NCBI GenBank assembly: GCA_038883775.1
Contig: JAVZLM010000001.1
Location: 161,241 to 225,240 of the forward strand
DNA from: Candidatus Bathyarchaeia archaeon
GTDB taxonomy: Archaea; Thermoproteota; Bathyarchaeia; Bathyarchaeales; Bathycorpusculaceae
Length of the DNA: 64,000 bases
Direction of reading: 5' to 3'
This document shows, piece after piece, positions 26,717 through 37,278 of this stretch. Each line of letters opens with the position of its first letter. The stretch's first letter is position 1. Under the pieces are notes generated by a model. It was not told the DNA's origin. It searched no databases and saw nothing but the letters and a program-made list of their open reading frames with translations. The position numbers and the translations under genes were made by a program.

Positions 26717-27496
26717 CTATTTGAAAAATGCTTCTAGTTTTCTAGTTTCAGTCTTTGTTAGGATTTCCGCGCACTTTTTAGGGTCTAAGGGCTTAAATTC
26801 CAGTTTAAGGGTTTCAAGAAGCCTTTGAACGTCTTTGGCGATGTTTGGAGCTGCAAGGATTCCTCGCACTTCACGGTTTGCTTTGAGTTTGATGGCTTCT
26901 ATGTATTTTGCGAGTTGAAGGGCTGCTTCCCTTCCAGCCGTTTTCCGTTTAATCTCAACCACAACCAATTTCCCACTCTTATCCACGCCGTAAACGTCCA
27001 CAAAACCTGGTTCAACCTTCTTTTCATAACTAATTGGTTTGAAGCCTTCCTCTAATAATGAAGGCTCTAACAATATGGCTTTATGCATGTCCTCTTCGCT
27101 TGCGTACAAAGCGAATTCGCCAGAATCCACAAGGTCTAAGGCGGAGAAAAGTTGGATTTTGTCAAAAAACACTTTCACGGATTCGGCTGGCTTACGCCTC
27201 ACAGCCCGAATTTCTAGGGCATCATTTTTGGTTTGGATTTGGAAGAGGCAGCCTGGAGGTTGCCAGTTCACTGGTTCATAGCCTACTGAACGGTGGACAA
27301 GCAGCGAACCGTCCTCTTTGATTATTAGTATGCGTTCGCCTGGTTCCAGTTTCGATTTTGCTCTTCCGAGATAGTGAACCCAACATTTACCCACAACAAT
27401 GACCGTTTTATGTTGCGAAACCGCATCCCTAACAGCCTCAGCTGCCTCAGCCAAGGTTGGGTTTACCAGCACATTTAAACTCTTGGAGTTTGCCAC
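26717..27496 (-). CDS. nucS: Mismatch-specific endonuclease NucS/EndoMS
   Basis: YLGRAKS, KEDGSLLVH, PVNWQP, VDVYG..VEIKR, QLAKY, C-terminal PIP-like LEAFF. Confidence 0.93.
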   Translation of the reverse strand: MANSKSLNVLVNPTLAEAAEAVRDAVSQHKTVIVVGKCWVHYLGRAKSKLEPGERILIIKEDGSLLVHRSVGYEPVNWQPPGCLFQIQTKNDALEIRAVRRKPAESVKVFFDKIQLFSALDLVDSGEFALYASEEDMHKAILLEPSLLEEGFKPISYEKKVEPGFVDVYGVDKSGKLVVVEIKRKTAGREAALQLAKYIEAIKLKANREVRGILAAPNIAKDVQRLLETLKLEFKPLDPKKCAEILTKTETRKLEAFFK

Positions 27497-27556
27497 TTTA
27501 TTTCGCCAATAATTTTAGAAGGGCGCATGAATACATAAGACTTCTGAAGAATCACT

Positions 27557-28117
27557 ATGAGCGTGTGGAAGAAAAAACGCAGTATAATGCGTCGTTACGA
27601 TTTGACGGCGCATATTTATGATATGCGCTACGCTGAAGAGCAAACAGCAAAAATTAAAGCAGCATTGGAAGAGTTAGCGATGGAGAAATTCGCTTGGGTT
27701 TTTGATGTGGGTTGTGGAACTGGAATTTTATTTGATTATGTAACTGAAAAGGCTGAAGCGATTGTTGGGTTGGATATTTCTAAAAAAATTTTGCTTTACG
27801 CCAAGAACCGTGCAAAAAATTTTGGCAATTTGCATTTAGTTTTGGCTGATGCTGATAATATTCCCATAAAAGACAATGTGTTTACTCATGTTTTTGGGAT
27901 TACTGTCCTCCAAAACATGCCAAGCCCAACTAAAACATTAGAGGAAATTAAGCGAGTTGCAAAAGAGAATGCAGTCATTGTTGTTTCTGGTTTAAAAAAA
28001 AGCTTCACAAAAGAAGAGTTTGAAGAGTTACTGCGTCATGCTCACCTCAAACCTTATAGTTTGAAGAGTGAAGGCTTGAAGTGTTATGTGGCTGTTTGCA
28101 CCAAAATTTATCATTAA
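27557..28117 (+). CDS. Class I SAM-dependent methyltransferase
   Basis: DVGCGTG, GLDIS, LADAD motifs. Confidence 0.85.
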   Translation: MSVWKKKRSIMRRYDLTAHIYDMRYAEEQTAKIKAALEELAMEKFAWVFDVGCGTGILFDYVTEKAEAIVGLDISKKILLYAKNRAKNFGNLHLVLADADNIPIKDNVFTHVFGITVLQNMPSPTKTLEEIKRVAKENAVIVVSGLKKSFTKEEFEELLRHAHLKPYSLKSEGLKCYVAVCTKIYH

Positions 28118-28206
28118 ATAATGGGAAGTTTTAAAACCAAACTATATATGAAAGTGAGTTTATAGGCTATACTTCAATTACGGCTACCACATCGTGAAGA
28201 TGCGGT

Positions 28207-29142
28207 TTGGTGAAATCGATGCCGTTAAAAACTATGAAAACGGATACAGCCCAAACATTAACTTTAGAATGGATTTTGCATGTAAAAAATTACAAGCTAA
28301 ACCTTAACAAAGATTTATGCGTGGGCTGCCAAATCTGCGCTTTAGCATGTCCAAAAGAAGCCATCAAAATTGAAAAACAACCTAAAATTCAGGGAGAAAA
28401 AGCTAAAAAAGCCAAAGTTGACATTGACTTGACGAAATGCAATTTTTGTGGAATATGCGACATATTGTGTCCCTTCGGGGCGATAAAAGTAACCGTTAAC
28501 GGTGAACATATTCTTTCGATTATTGAGAAGGAAAGCTTTCCACAGTTAATACGGGAAATTCAGGTTGACACAAGCAAATGCCCCATAAAATGTGTTGAAT
28601 GCGAAGAGGCTTGTCCTTTAGGCTTAATTAAGATTGGATGGATGACAGAGGATGGAAAAGTTCTAGAAACCAGACCGAAAAGGAAGAGGAAAGGGCTTAA
28701 AGTGAAAATTGACATTGAAAAGGAACGTTGCCCATGCTGCAGAATATGCGAATTCAAATGCCCAGAAGACGCCATTCACGTACGCAAATTCTTCCATGGA
28801 AAAATCCTCATTAACCAAGAAAAATGTCCAGAAGGCTGCACAGACTGTTTAGACGTTTGCCCAATAACTGGTGCCCTATACCTTTCTGATGAAGACAAGA
28901 AGGTTCATGTAAACGAGGCTTTCTGCGTTTACTGTGGAGCCTGCAGAGTTGTTTGCCCAGTGGAAGAAGCGTTAGAGCTTAAAAGAACAAAAATAATTCA
29001 CACGCCAGTCCGTTCTGGAGCCTGGAATAAAGCTTTGGAAAGGCTGGCATCTCCAATCGTGATGAGTAAGGAGTTGAAGGCTAAAGGTTCTCAAAAAGTT
29101 ATGGAGTCTGTGGAAAAAAGGTTGGGGTGGATGGGTGCATAA
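28207..29142 (+). CDS. Polyferredoxin (FwdF-like, six 4Fe-4S motifs)
   Basis: Six Cx2-3Cx2Cx3CP motifs. Confidence 0.85.
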   Translation: MVKSMPLKTMKTDTAQTLTLEWILHVKNYKLNLNKDLCVGCQICALACPKEAIKIEKQPKIQGEKAKKAKVDIDLTKCNFCGICDILCPFGAIKVTVNGEHILSIIEKESFPQLIREIQVDTSKCPIKCVECEEACPLGLIKIGWMTEDGKVLETRPKRKRKGLKVKIDIEKERCPCCRICEFKCPEDAIHVRKFFHGKILINQEKCPEGCTDCLDVCPITGALYLSDEDKKVHVNEAFCVYCGACRVVCPVEEALELKRTKIIHTPVRSGAWNKALERLASPIVMSKELKAKGSQKVMESVEKRLGWMGA

Positions 29143-29143
29143 T

Positions 29144-31588
29144 ATGGCTGAAAAGAAAATTGAAAGTGCAGAACCACGAATTGGAGTTTTCATATGCCAC
29201 TGCGGCTTAAACATTGCAGGTGTCTTGGACATAAAAGAGCTTGTTGAATACGCAAAAACCTTGCCAAACGTTGTTTATGTTAAGGATAATCGCTACACAT
29301 GTGCAGACCCGGGACAGGAAGAAATAAGGAAGGGGATTAAGGAGCATAAACTTAATCGTGTTGTTGTTGCAGCCTGTTCACCGCGAATGCATGAGCCAAC
29401 ATTTCGAAGAACAGTTTCCGATGTAAATTTGAATCCCTATTTGTTTGAGATGGCAAATATCCGCGAATTCTCTTCGTGGTGCCATCCAAGCACACCGAAG
29501 GAAGCAACAGAAAAGGCGAAAGAACTGATAAAAATGGCTGTTGCCAAAGCGAGGCTGCTCCAACCTCTTGAAACAATACAAGTTCCAGTAATCAACAAGG
29601 CGTTAGTCATAGGCGGCGGCATTGCTGGAATGAATGCAGCCCTAGACCTGGCGGAAATGGGCTTTAAGGTTTACTTGCTTGAGAAGGGAGAAAGCATAGG
29701 CGGTCACATGGCTCAGTTGGATAAGACCTTTCCAACTCTTGACTGTTCCATATGCATTGAAGGTCCAAAAATGGTTGATGTGGGACGGCATCCGAACATT
29801 GAAATTATAGCTTTTGCTGATTTGCTAAGTGTTAGTGGTTTTATAGGGAATTTTAAGGTTAGGATTCGTAAAAATCCCCGTTATGTTATAGCTGAAAACT
29901 GCACTGGTTGTGGCGAATGCAAAGAAGTTTGTCCCATTGAATATCCCAACGAGTGGGACATGAATTTAGGCGTTAGAAAAGCCATATCTGTCCCCTTCGA
30001 CCAGGCGGTTCCGCTTGTTTACACCATAAACAAGGATTATTGCATTGAATGCTACAAGTGTGTTGACGCCTGCGGAGCAAGACAAGCCATAAACTTTGAA
30101 CAGAAACCAGAAGAAATAGAGTTGGAAGTTGGCGCCATAATTGTGGCAACAGGCTACGATATTTATCTGCCTTATGACAACCAATTATACGGGTATGGCA
30201 AATACTCCAATGTGGTAACGTCTCTCGAATTTGAACGGTTAATTCTTGCAGCGGGACCAACGGGCGGCAAGGTTGTTAGGGCTTCTGATGGGCAAAAACC
30301 GCATAGTGTGGCCTTCATCCAATGCGTTGGCTCAAGAGACACAAACAAGTATCCATACTGCTCCAACTTCTGCTGCATGTACACACTCAAACATGTAGTC
30401 CAACTTAAGGAGAAGTACAAGGATGATGTGGAAGTTTACGTTTTCTACATGGATATACGGAGCAACTTTAAGGGCTTTGAAGAATTTTATCAAAGGGCAA
30501 GGGAACTCGGTGTAAACTTTATTCGTGGAAGGGTAAGCCGCGTTTTGGAGGTTCCAGAAACAAAGAACTTGATTTTGCATGCTGAAGACATGACATTGGG
30601 TCAACCAATAGAAATTGAAGCCGATATGGTTGTTCTTGCGACAGCAGCCATACCTAAAAAGGGTTCAGAAGAAATAGCTCGAATACTCAACTTGACAAGG
30701 GGAGCAGACGGGTTTTTCATGGAAAGCCATCCAAAGCTTAAACCCCTAGATGCGCCGACTGACGGAATATTTTTGGCTGGCTCATGTCAAGCGCCTAAGG
30801 ATATACCATACAGCGTTTCGCAAGGAAGCGGCGCAGCATCGAGGGCGGCTACTGTGCTTTCTAAGCCTACCTGGAAAATAGAGCCCATAGTTTCCATCGT
30901 AGACCCAAATAAGTGCAGAAACGTTACAACGAAATGTGGAATTTGTGCGGAACGCTGTCCTTACGGAGCTATTAAAATTGAGGAAAAGAAACCAGCAGAA
31001 GTTATAACTGCCATGTGTCACGGATGCGGAACATGCGTGGCTGAATGCCCAGCAGACGCCATAACGCAGATGCACTTCACAGACGCCCAAATCTTCGCCC
31101 AAATCAGAGCAGCCCTCGAAACAAATCCGGAAGACAAAATTTTGGCTTTCCTATGCAACTGGTGCAGTTATGCGGGAGCGGATTTGGCTGGAACAAGCAG
31201 ATTTGAATATCCACCAACAATACGTCCCATAAGGGTTATGTGTTCTGGTAGGGTTGATAGAGACTTTGTTCTTGAAGCTTTGAGACTTGGCGCTGGAATG
31301 GTTCTTGTTGCTGCTTGCCACTTACCCTACGACTGCCATTATATTAGTGGAAACTGGAAAATGAAAGCGAGAATGGATGCCTTAGCACCGATGCTTCATA
31401 AGCTTGGATTAAGCCCGGAAAGATTCCGAGTGGAATATGTTTCTGCCGCAGAAGGCGTAAAATTTGCAGAACTCATTAGGGAAATGACTGAGCAAATGCA
31501 TGCCTTAGGCAAGGAGAAAATTAAAGTAGAAAATGAGAAGCTGCGTCCGATTTTGGAGAACATGTTGAAGAGGAAGGAGAAGAAATAG
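29144..31588 (+). CDS. hdrA: Heterodisulfide reductase subunit A fused to MvhD
   Basis: GVFICHCG, VAACSPRMH, GGGIAG, KTFPTLDCS, IQCVGSR, YCSNFCCM; C-terminal LCNWCSYAGAD, MCSGRV, DCHY (MvhD); ATG 29144. Confidence 0.93.
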   Translation: MAEKKIESAEPRIGVFICHCGLNIAGVLDIKELVEYAKTLPNVVYVKDNRYTCADPGQEEIRKGIKEHKLNRVVVAACSPRMHEPTFRRTVSDVNLNPYLFEMANIREFSSWCHPSTPKEATEKAKELIKMAVAKARLLQPLETIQVPVINKALVIGGGIAGMNAALDLAEMGFKVYLLEKGESIGGHMAQLDKTFPTLDCSICIEGPKMVDVGRHPNIEIIAFADLLSVSGFIGNFKVRIRKNPRYVIAENCTGCGECKEVCPIEYPNEWDMNLGVRKAISVPFDQAVPLVYTINKDYCIECYKCVDACGARQAINFEQKPEEIELEVGAIIVATGYDIYLPYDNQLYGYGKYSNVVTSLEFERLILAAGPTGGKVVRASDGQKPHSVAFIQCVGSRDTNKYPYCSNFCCMYTLKHVVQLKEKYKDDVEVYVFYMDIRSNFKGFEEFYQRARELGVNFIRGRVSRVLEVPETKNLILHAEDMTLGQPIEIEADMVVLATAAIPKKGSEEIARILNLTRGADGFFMESHPKLKPLDAPTDGIFLAGSCQAPKDIPYSVSQGSGAASRAATVLSKPTWKIEPIVSIVDPNKCRNVTTKCGICAERCPYGAIKIEEKKPAEVITAMCHGCGTCVAECPADAITQMHFTDAQIFAQIRAALETNPEDKILAFLCNWCSYAGADLAGTSRFEYPPTIRPIRVMCSGRVDRDFVLEALRLGAGMVLVAACHLPYDCHYISGNWKMKARMDALAPMLHKLGLSPERFRVEYVSAAEGVKFAELIREMTEQMHALGKEKIKVENEKLRPILENMLKRKEKK

Positions 31589-31610
31589 CCTAAAATGGTG
31601 ATTTTCTCGC

Positions 31611-32090
31611 ATGGCAAAACAAAAAATGATAGACCTTCTCTACGAGTTGATGATAAACTCTAAAAGAAGCGATAGAGAACTCGCAAAAGCCATCAAAGTT
31701 TCTCAGCCAACCATAACAAGAATGCGGAAAAGCCTTGAAAAGTTGGGATACGTCCGCGAATACACAATAATCCCCAACTTAGAGAAAATAGGATTTGAAA
31801 TAGTGGCATTAAACTTTCTGGCAACAAACATAAATTTGGAACAGGCAAAAGAGGTTCAAAATTGGATTTTGAAGAATCCGAAAATCCTCTTCACGACTTC
31901 AGGTGAAGGTCTCGGCGGGAAAACTCTTTTGCTTGTTTCAATTCATAAGGATTTCACTGATTTTTCCGCTTTTTCACGTGAACTTAAAGGCTTATTGAGC
32001 CCAAAGGCTACTTCGGCTGAAAGTTTCTTGTTTTCGCTTAAAACGGATGTGGTTAAACATTTTTCCTTCAAAAACCTTGAAAGGTTATGA
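31611..32090 (+). CDS. Lrp/AsnC family regulator
   Basis: NSKRSDRELAKAIKVSQPTITR..LEKLGYVREYTIIP. Confidence 0.85.
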   Translation: MAKQKMIDLLYELMINSKRSDRELAKAIKVSQPTITRMRKSLEKLGYVREYTIIPNLEKIGFEIVALNFLATNINLEQAKEVQNWILKNPKILFTTSGEGLGGKTLLLVSIHKDFTDFSAFSRELKGLLSPKATSAESFLFSLKTDVVKHFSFKNLERL

Positions 32091-32891
32091 AGGCAGATAC
32101 TTTAGAATCATTTGTATACTTACAAAGAGTAAGACCATGCCAAAAATTCTGCGAAGCCATTTGCTTGAAATTTTTTTAGAAGTGTAAGCGCCAACTTGAG
32201 CGCCGAAAATTGTTCCTAGAGCTAAGAGAAGCGCATAATCAAAGTATATGTGATTCGCCATATAATGTTCCGCCACACCAGATATGGATGTTATAATCAT
32301 TGTGAACATGGATGTTGCTGTTGCGTTGTGAATTGGCATTTTTAGGGCGAAAACCATTATTGGCACGACTAATACGCCTCCACCGATGCCTAAAAGTCCC
32401 GAAGCAAGTCCACCGAAGAAACTTAACCCTGCCCCCCAAATGACTGTTTTTCCAGAACTTATGACTTCCTCGTCGGATTTCGAAATTATTTGAGCGGTTT
32501 CCATTTCAGGATTTGCTTTCTTACGTCTGAAATCGTTTATGTTAATAATCATGCGTGAGGCTACGAAGATTATGAAGAATCCAAAAATCAACCCTAGCAT
32601 ATTTGGCGGTATTATTCTAGTTAGGCGGGCGCCTAAGAAGGCTCCGGGCGCTGTGGTTATAGCTAAAATTAAGCCAGTTTTGTAGTATATTCGCTTTTGT
32701 TTTGCATAGTTTATTGTTGATGCTGCCGCGGTGAAAATTATGGAGGTTAGGCTTGTTCCCACGGCGTTGGCTGGAACAAAATTGTATAGAATTGTTAGTA
32801 TGGGAACTATGAAGGCGCCTCCTCCTATACCAGTTAGAGAAGCTATAATTCCAACAAGAAAACCAAATAAGGTTAGCAGTAAATCCCACAT
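32085..32891 (-). CDS. TauE/SafE (TSUP) family transporter
   Basis: Duplicated GIGGG..VP motif, AVGTSL/ATATSM. Confidence 0.88.
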   Translation of the reverse strand: MWDLLLTLFGFLVGIIASLTGIGGGAFIVPILTILYNFVPANAVGTSLTSIIFTAAASTINYAKQKRIYYKTGLILAITTAPGAFLGARLTRIIPPNMLGLIFGFFIIFVASRMIININDFRRKKANPEMETAQIISKSDEEVISSGKTVIWGAGLSFFGGLASGLLGIGGGVLVVPIMVFALKMPIHNATATSMFTMIITSISGVAEHYMANHIYFDYALLLALGTIFGAQVGAYTSKKISSKWLRRIFGMVLLFVSIQMILKYLPS

Positions 32892-32905
32892 TTAGGATTT
32901 CTCCA

Positions 32906-34171
32906 TTAGGCTAGTTTTTGTTTTGCAGCGTAATAGACCGCGCCTATTAATAAGGTTATAGTGCCCATCACCCATGCATGTGATGAAACAAATAAGATAA
33001 AAACTAAAAGCGCCAAACATGTGAATGTTCCAATTGTGGAGATGATTTTGGGATATTTCCGTTCCTTCGTCTTTAACCGTAAGGCTGAGAGATTAGCCAA
33101 AGCGTAATAGAAGAGTAATGCAAAGGTGCTTATGGCTACAACACTTGTTAGGTCTATGGACAAGACAAGGACTGTCATTAAAACGCCAATAATCCAGATG
33201 GAATAGTATGGCGTGGCATATTTTTTATGAAGTTTGCTTAAAGCTTTAGGTAAGTCTTGCCTTCTTGCCATTGCATAAGTCATGCGGGAAACCCCCAAAA
33301 TTGATGTGAGTAAAACACTTGCTGTGGCTAACAACCCTCCAAGAGATACAAGGTATTCTGCTGCTGAGTTTTCCGTAATGCCAATAGCTTCTTTTAATGG
33401 CGACTGGGAATTCGCCAAATTTCTTTCTCCAACAAGTCCAATGGCGACGGTGCCAACAAGGATGTAGAAAATTGTGGATATGATTAGTGAAAGCAGCATT
33501 GCCCTTGGAACGTTTCGCTTTGCATCCCTAACCTCTTCAGCTATTACGGCAACCCTTGCAAAACCCCCATAAGCGAAGAAAATGTAGCTTGCGCCGTAAA
33601 GAACACCCAATTTAAAGGGATTAAAAGATGCGAAATTTGACGAATTTAAATGGAATGCGCCAAAAACGCAGAAAAAAGCTAGAATAAACAGTTTTGCCGT
33701 CACCAAAATATTGTTGACGATGGCGGATTGACGAACACCGAAATAGTTGAGAACCGTAAAAAATAGGCAGAGGAACGCTGCAACCCATTTCGCTTCTACG
33801 TTTGGAAACAAGGCAATCAAGTAGTAGGCGAATCCAAGAGAAACCGCTGCGCCAGTGAAGGTGTTGGAGACAACCCACATCCAACCAGTTAAGAAACCAG
33901 CAAAAGGCGAAATCAACAGATGTGTATACTCATAAACGCTTCCTTCCTTCGGCATCCAAGCCGTCAACTCTGCAAAACTTAAGGCAGTAAACATGGCAAT
34001 TATCGCAGCAACAACCATTGAAACCATTAAGGCTGAGCCAGCATAGCCAGCAGCAATACCAGTAACCACAAATATGCCAGCCCCAATAATAGCGCCAACA
34101 CTTATTGCTGTAGCGTCAAACAAACCTAATGTTGGCTTAAGCTCGAATCTTTGACCCCCTTCTTTATTCAT
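32906..34171 (-). CDS. APC family amino acid permease
   Basis: GAIIGAGIF, AEL..PKEGSVY, FFAYGG, AEEVRDAKRNVP; ATG 34171 (ORF from 34192). Confidence 0.9.
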   Translation of the reverse strand: MNKEGGQRFELKPTLGLFDATAISVGAIIGAGIFVVTGIAAGYAGSALMVSMVVAAIIAMFTALSFAELTAWMPKEGSVYEYTHLLISPFAGFLTGWMWVVSNTFTGAAVSLGFAYYLIALFPNVEAKWVAAFLCLFFTVLNYFGVRQSAIVNNILVTAKLFILAFFCVFGAFHLNSSNFASFNPFKLGVLYGASYIFFAYGGFARVAVIAEEVRDAKRNVPRAMLLSLIISTIFYILVGTVAIGLVGERNLANSQSPLKEAIGITENSAAEYLVSLGGLLATASVLLTSILGVSRMTYAMARRQDLPKALSKLHKKYATPYYSIWIIGVLMTVLVLSIDLTSVVAISTFALLFYYALANLSALRLKTKERKYPKIISTIGTFTCLALLVFILFVSSHAWVMGTITLLIGAVYYAAKQKLA

Positions 34172-34359
34172 GTTTATTCCAGCGAAGACCAATTTTTAGG
34201 CAGCTAATTATAAGGTTTTGTTAGGGCTTTCAGAAAGGACACTATTCAAAGTAACAAATTGCGACCTTGGTTGTCTGCGTCCATGTTTGCTAGTAAATAG
34301 AAAATTTAATATTTCTTATGCGTCGAAAATTAAAAGGCATTCGCGAAAGGGTGAGAAAG

Positions 34360-34490
34360 CTGATTAAAAGAATAAATAATATTGTGATTGCGTCTCTGAT
34401 TTGAAGGAAACCATCCATTTCTACGAGAACATGATCTTAAGAAAACTGGGGAATGGTCTAATTATTTAATTTTGATGTGGAAGGGGTAAA
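34360..34490 (+). pseudogene. Eroded VOC/glyoxalase-family gene remnant
   Basis: Across frameshifts reads IKRINNIVIA/VSDLKETIHFYEN../LKKTGEWSNYLI/DVEGV, the VOC N-terminal pattern; GGTGA RBS upstream. Confidence 0.6.
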
Positions 34491-34613
34491 GTAAGTCAAG
34501 AAAATGTTTTTATTTTTAGATTTGCAGAATAGCGATAAATTTAAGAAACTCGCAACATAGTGTAAAATGCATTTAAAGGTGGAAAAACTCTGGGTTTTAC
34601 AAAAAGTCATGGT

Positions 34614-35483
34614 TTGCTGGTTGTAGCAAGTTTCGGTTTTAGCTTTATTCTTGTCTTCTCAACGCTGCTCAAGAATGCTGGAGTTTCAAGTTTGCAACAA
34701 GTTTTTTTCCGTGTAACATTGGCTCTTCCACTTATCCTATTGCTTATTAAGGGAAATTTCAAGCTTGAAAAGAAAGACTTGCCCTATTTCGTTCTGATAG
34801 GCTTCATTTTTTCAGCGTTTCTCTTTTCGGCTTTATCTTCTATAGTTTTTGGCTGTCCCATAGCCGTTTCCATAGCCCTAATTTATACGCAACCCTTCTT
34901 TACAGCAGCATTAGCTGCCGTCTCCAAGAGAGAAAGGATAACTTTGGAAAAGGTTTTGATAATTGCTGTTGGAATGGTGGGAGCGCTTTTGGCAAGTGGA
35001 ATATTGACCGAGCGCTCAAACCTTAACATAACTGGAATCTCTTTTGCCTTGCTTGCTGGTTTCCTTTACGCCACATACCTATTCTTTAAAAGGATGCGGA
35101 AAACAAGTTACACGCCACTTCAAGGGTTGTTTAACACTTTCATTTTTGCAGCGCCATGCGCACTCATTTTAGGGTTGACTCTAAGGCTTTTTACAACAAA
35201 CACAAGTTTCATAGGCTTTTCAATGCTAGACTCATACCAAATTTTCTTGTTAACGCTATTCGCTTTTTTCAGCACAACCCTTCCATATGGCTTGTTAAAC
35301 TATATCAAGCCAAACGAGGTATCGCCGACAACCGAAGGAACACTACTTCTTTTAGACCCGTTTCTCCACAATGTTTGGGCAATACTCATTTTCCAACAAT
35401 ACGTTTCCCCAATTCGTTATTTAGGAGTGGGATTAACGCTTCTAAGCGCCGCGACCATACTTAAAACAAAACAGAAAACCTAG
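34614..35483 (+). CDS. EamA/DMT family transporter
   Basis: About 10 TM helices, FFR, IYTQPFF..KRERIT. Confidence 0.82.
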   Translation: MLVVASFGFSFILVFSTLLKNAGVSSLQQVFFRVTLALPLILLLIKGNFKLEKKDLPYFVLIGFIFSAFLFSALSSIVFGCPIAVSIALIYTQPFFTAALAAVSKRERITLEKVLIIAVGMVGALLASGILTERSNLNITGISFALLAGFLYATYLFFKRMRKTSYTPLQGLFNTFIFAAPCALILGLTLRLFTTNTSFIGFSMLDSYQIFLLTLFAFFSTTLPYGLLNYIKPNEVSPTTEGTLLLLDPFLHNVWAILIFQQYVSPIRYLGVGLTLLSAATILKTKQKT

Positions 35484-35608
35484 AGGGGCTACTCAATTTA
35501 GCAATAGAAAAGAGTTAAAATTGACATTTAAAAATCTCAATTCCTTTGAAAACCTTTTTAACAAAACAAAAAACAAATAATCTCGCACACTTTGGAAGGT
35601 GAAAAGTT

Positions 35609-36472
35609 ATGGAAGTTAAGAGGATAGCCGTTTTAGGCGCAGGCTTAATGGGACACGGCATAACACAAGTGGCGGCTCAAATAGGCAAATACGAAGTTTA
35701 CATGCGAGACATTGAACAGCGCTTCATAGACAATGGAATGAACATGATAAGGACAAGCCTACAAAAATTCGTTAGCAAAGGACAAATAACAGAACAACAA
35801 ATGAACGAAACTTTGGCACGCATCCATCCCACTTTAGACTTTAAGGAAGCAGTTCAAAACGCAGACTTAATAATTGAAGCAGTTCCAGAGAATGTTGAGT
35901 TGAAGAAGGCAACATTTAAAGAAGTGGACACTCATGCGCCATCCTACGCCATAATAACCTCAAACACGTCTTCAATAAGTATAACAGAGCTAGCTTCTGC
36001 AACAAAACGTCCAGAAAAAGTATGTGGAATGCACTTTTTCAACCCACCGCAACTCATGAAACTCGTCGAAGTGATAAAAGGCGCAAAAACCTCAGAAGAA
36101 ACAATACAAACAGTTTTAGAAGTAGCCCACAAAATGGAAAAAGAAACAGTTCTCGTCAAAAAAGATTGCCCAGGCTTCATTGTAAACCGCATACTCATCC
36201 CAGCCCTAAACGAGGCAGTAGCCCTCTACTGGGAAGGAATAGCTGACAGGGACGACATAGATAAAGCCATAAAACTCGGATTAAACTGGCCAATGGGACC
36301 GCTTATGCTTTTGGATTATATAGGCGCAGACACAACGCTTTTCATTGCAGAGGTTCTTGAACGGGAAATAGACGAGAAATTCCACCCGCATCCAGGACTG
36401 AAACAGATGGTTAAGGCTCAGCTTCTTGGAAGAAAAACTGGTAAGGGCTTTTACGATTGGACACAAAAATAG
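35609..36472 (+). CDS. hbd: 3-hydroxyacyl(butyryl)-CoA dehydrogenase
   Basis: GAGLMGHGI, IEAVPE, SNTSS, GMHFFNP, PGFIVNR, PMGP, GRKTGKGFY. Confidence 0.93.
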   Translation: MEVKRIAVLGAGLMGHGITQVAAQIGKYEVYMRDIEQRFIDNGMNMIRTSLQKFVSKGQITEQQMNETLARIHPTLDFKEAVQNADLIIEAVPENVELKKATFKEVDTHAPSYAIITSNTSSISITELASATKRPEKVCGMHFFNPPQLMKLVEVIKGAKTSEETIQTVLEVAHKMEKETVLVKKDCPGFIVNRILIPALNEAVALYWEGIADRDDIDKAIKLGLNWPMGPLMLLDYIGADTTLFIAEVLEREIDEKFHPHPGLKQMVKAQLLGRKTGKGFYDWTQK

Positions 36473-36486
36473 GGGAGCACCACAAA

Positions 36487-37269
36487 ATGGAGTTCAAATA
36501 TATAATTTACGAGAAAAGCGAGGGAATAGCCACAATAACGCTGAATCGCCCAGAAATATTAAACGCCCTCAGCAAAGAGGTCATAGAAGAAGTCCTCCAA
36601 GCTTTAGAAGATGTTAAAGCAGACGAAAACACTCGAGTCGTCGTTTTAACAGGAGCTGGCGAAAAGGCGTTTTCAGCGGGTGCAGACATAAAAGCCATGA
36701 AAGGAATGAACGCATTAAAAGCCATGGAGCTTTCTCTTATGGGCGAGAAACTCTGCAACGCCTTAGAAAATTTGGAAAAGCCAGTTATAGCCGCAATGAA
36801 CGGTTATGCCTTGGGTGGAGGTTTAGAAGTTTCCATGGCATGCGATATACGCATAGCCTCAGAAAATGCTCGAATGGGACAAACAGAGATTAACATAGGC
36901 TTAATTCCAGGGTGGGGTGGAACCCAAAGACTAACACGCTTAATTGGTAAAACAAAGGCAAAAGAACTCATTTTTACTGGAAAAATTATTGATGCAAAAA
37001 CTGCTGAGCAGTTGGGCATTGTAAACATGGTTGTTCCAGCCGACAAACTTAGAGATGCTGTTAGACAATTCGCCTTAGAACTTGCCTCAAAAGCGCCAGT
37101 AGCCCTAAAAGTGGCTAAAGCTCTAATCAATAAGGGTTCAGAAATAAGTTTGGATGCTGCTATAGCCCTTGAGCGGGAAGGTTTCGGCGTGGTTGCCTCA
37201 ACAGAAGACTTGCAAGAAGGGATTTCAGCCTTTATCGAAAAGCGGAAGCCAACATTTAAAGGCAAATAG
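36487..37269 (+). CDS. crt: Enoyl-CoA hydratase/crotonase
   Basis: LNRPE..NAL, FSAGADI, ALGGGLE, GQTEINIGLIPGWGGTQRL; ATG 36487. Confidence 0.92.
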   Translation: MEFKYIIYEKSEGIATITLNRPEILNALSKEVIEEVLQALEDVKADENTRVVVLTGAGEKAFSAGADIKAMKGMNALKAMELSLMGEKLCNALENLEKPVIAAMNGYALGGGLEVSMACDIRIASENARMGQTEINIGLIPGWGGTQRLTRLIGKTKAKELIFTGKIIDAKTAEQLGIVNMVVPADKLRDAVRQFALELASKAPVALKVAKALINKGSEISLDAAIALEREGFGVVASTEDLQEGISAFIEKRKPTFKGK

Positions 37270-37278
37270 GAAAGGGGC

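Noticed and set aside
29144-31588. HdrA as evidence of methanogenesis or selenoprotein recoding
   Set aside because: HdrA is widespread in non-methanogens, no mcr genes are here, and there is no in-frame TGA.
36804-37265. Long antisense ORFs (also 40292..40684, 42801..43163, 47298..47735)
   Set aside because: They overlap well-supported genes on the opposite strand and carry no recognisable motifs.
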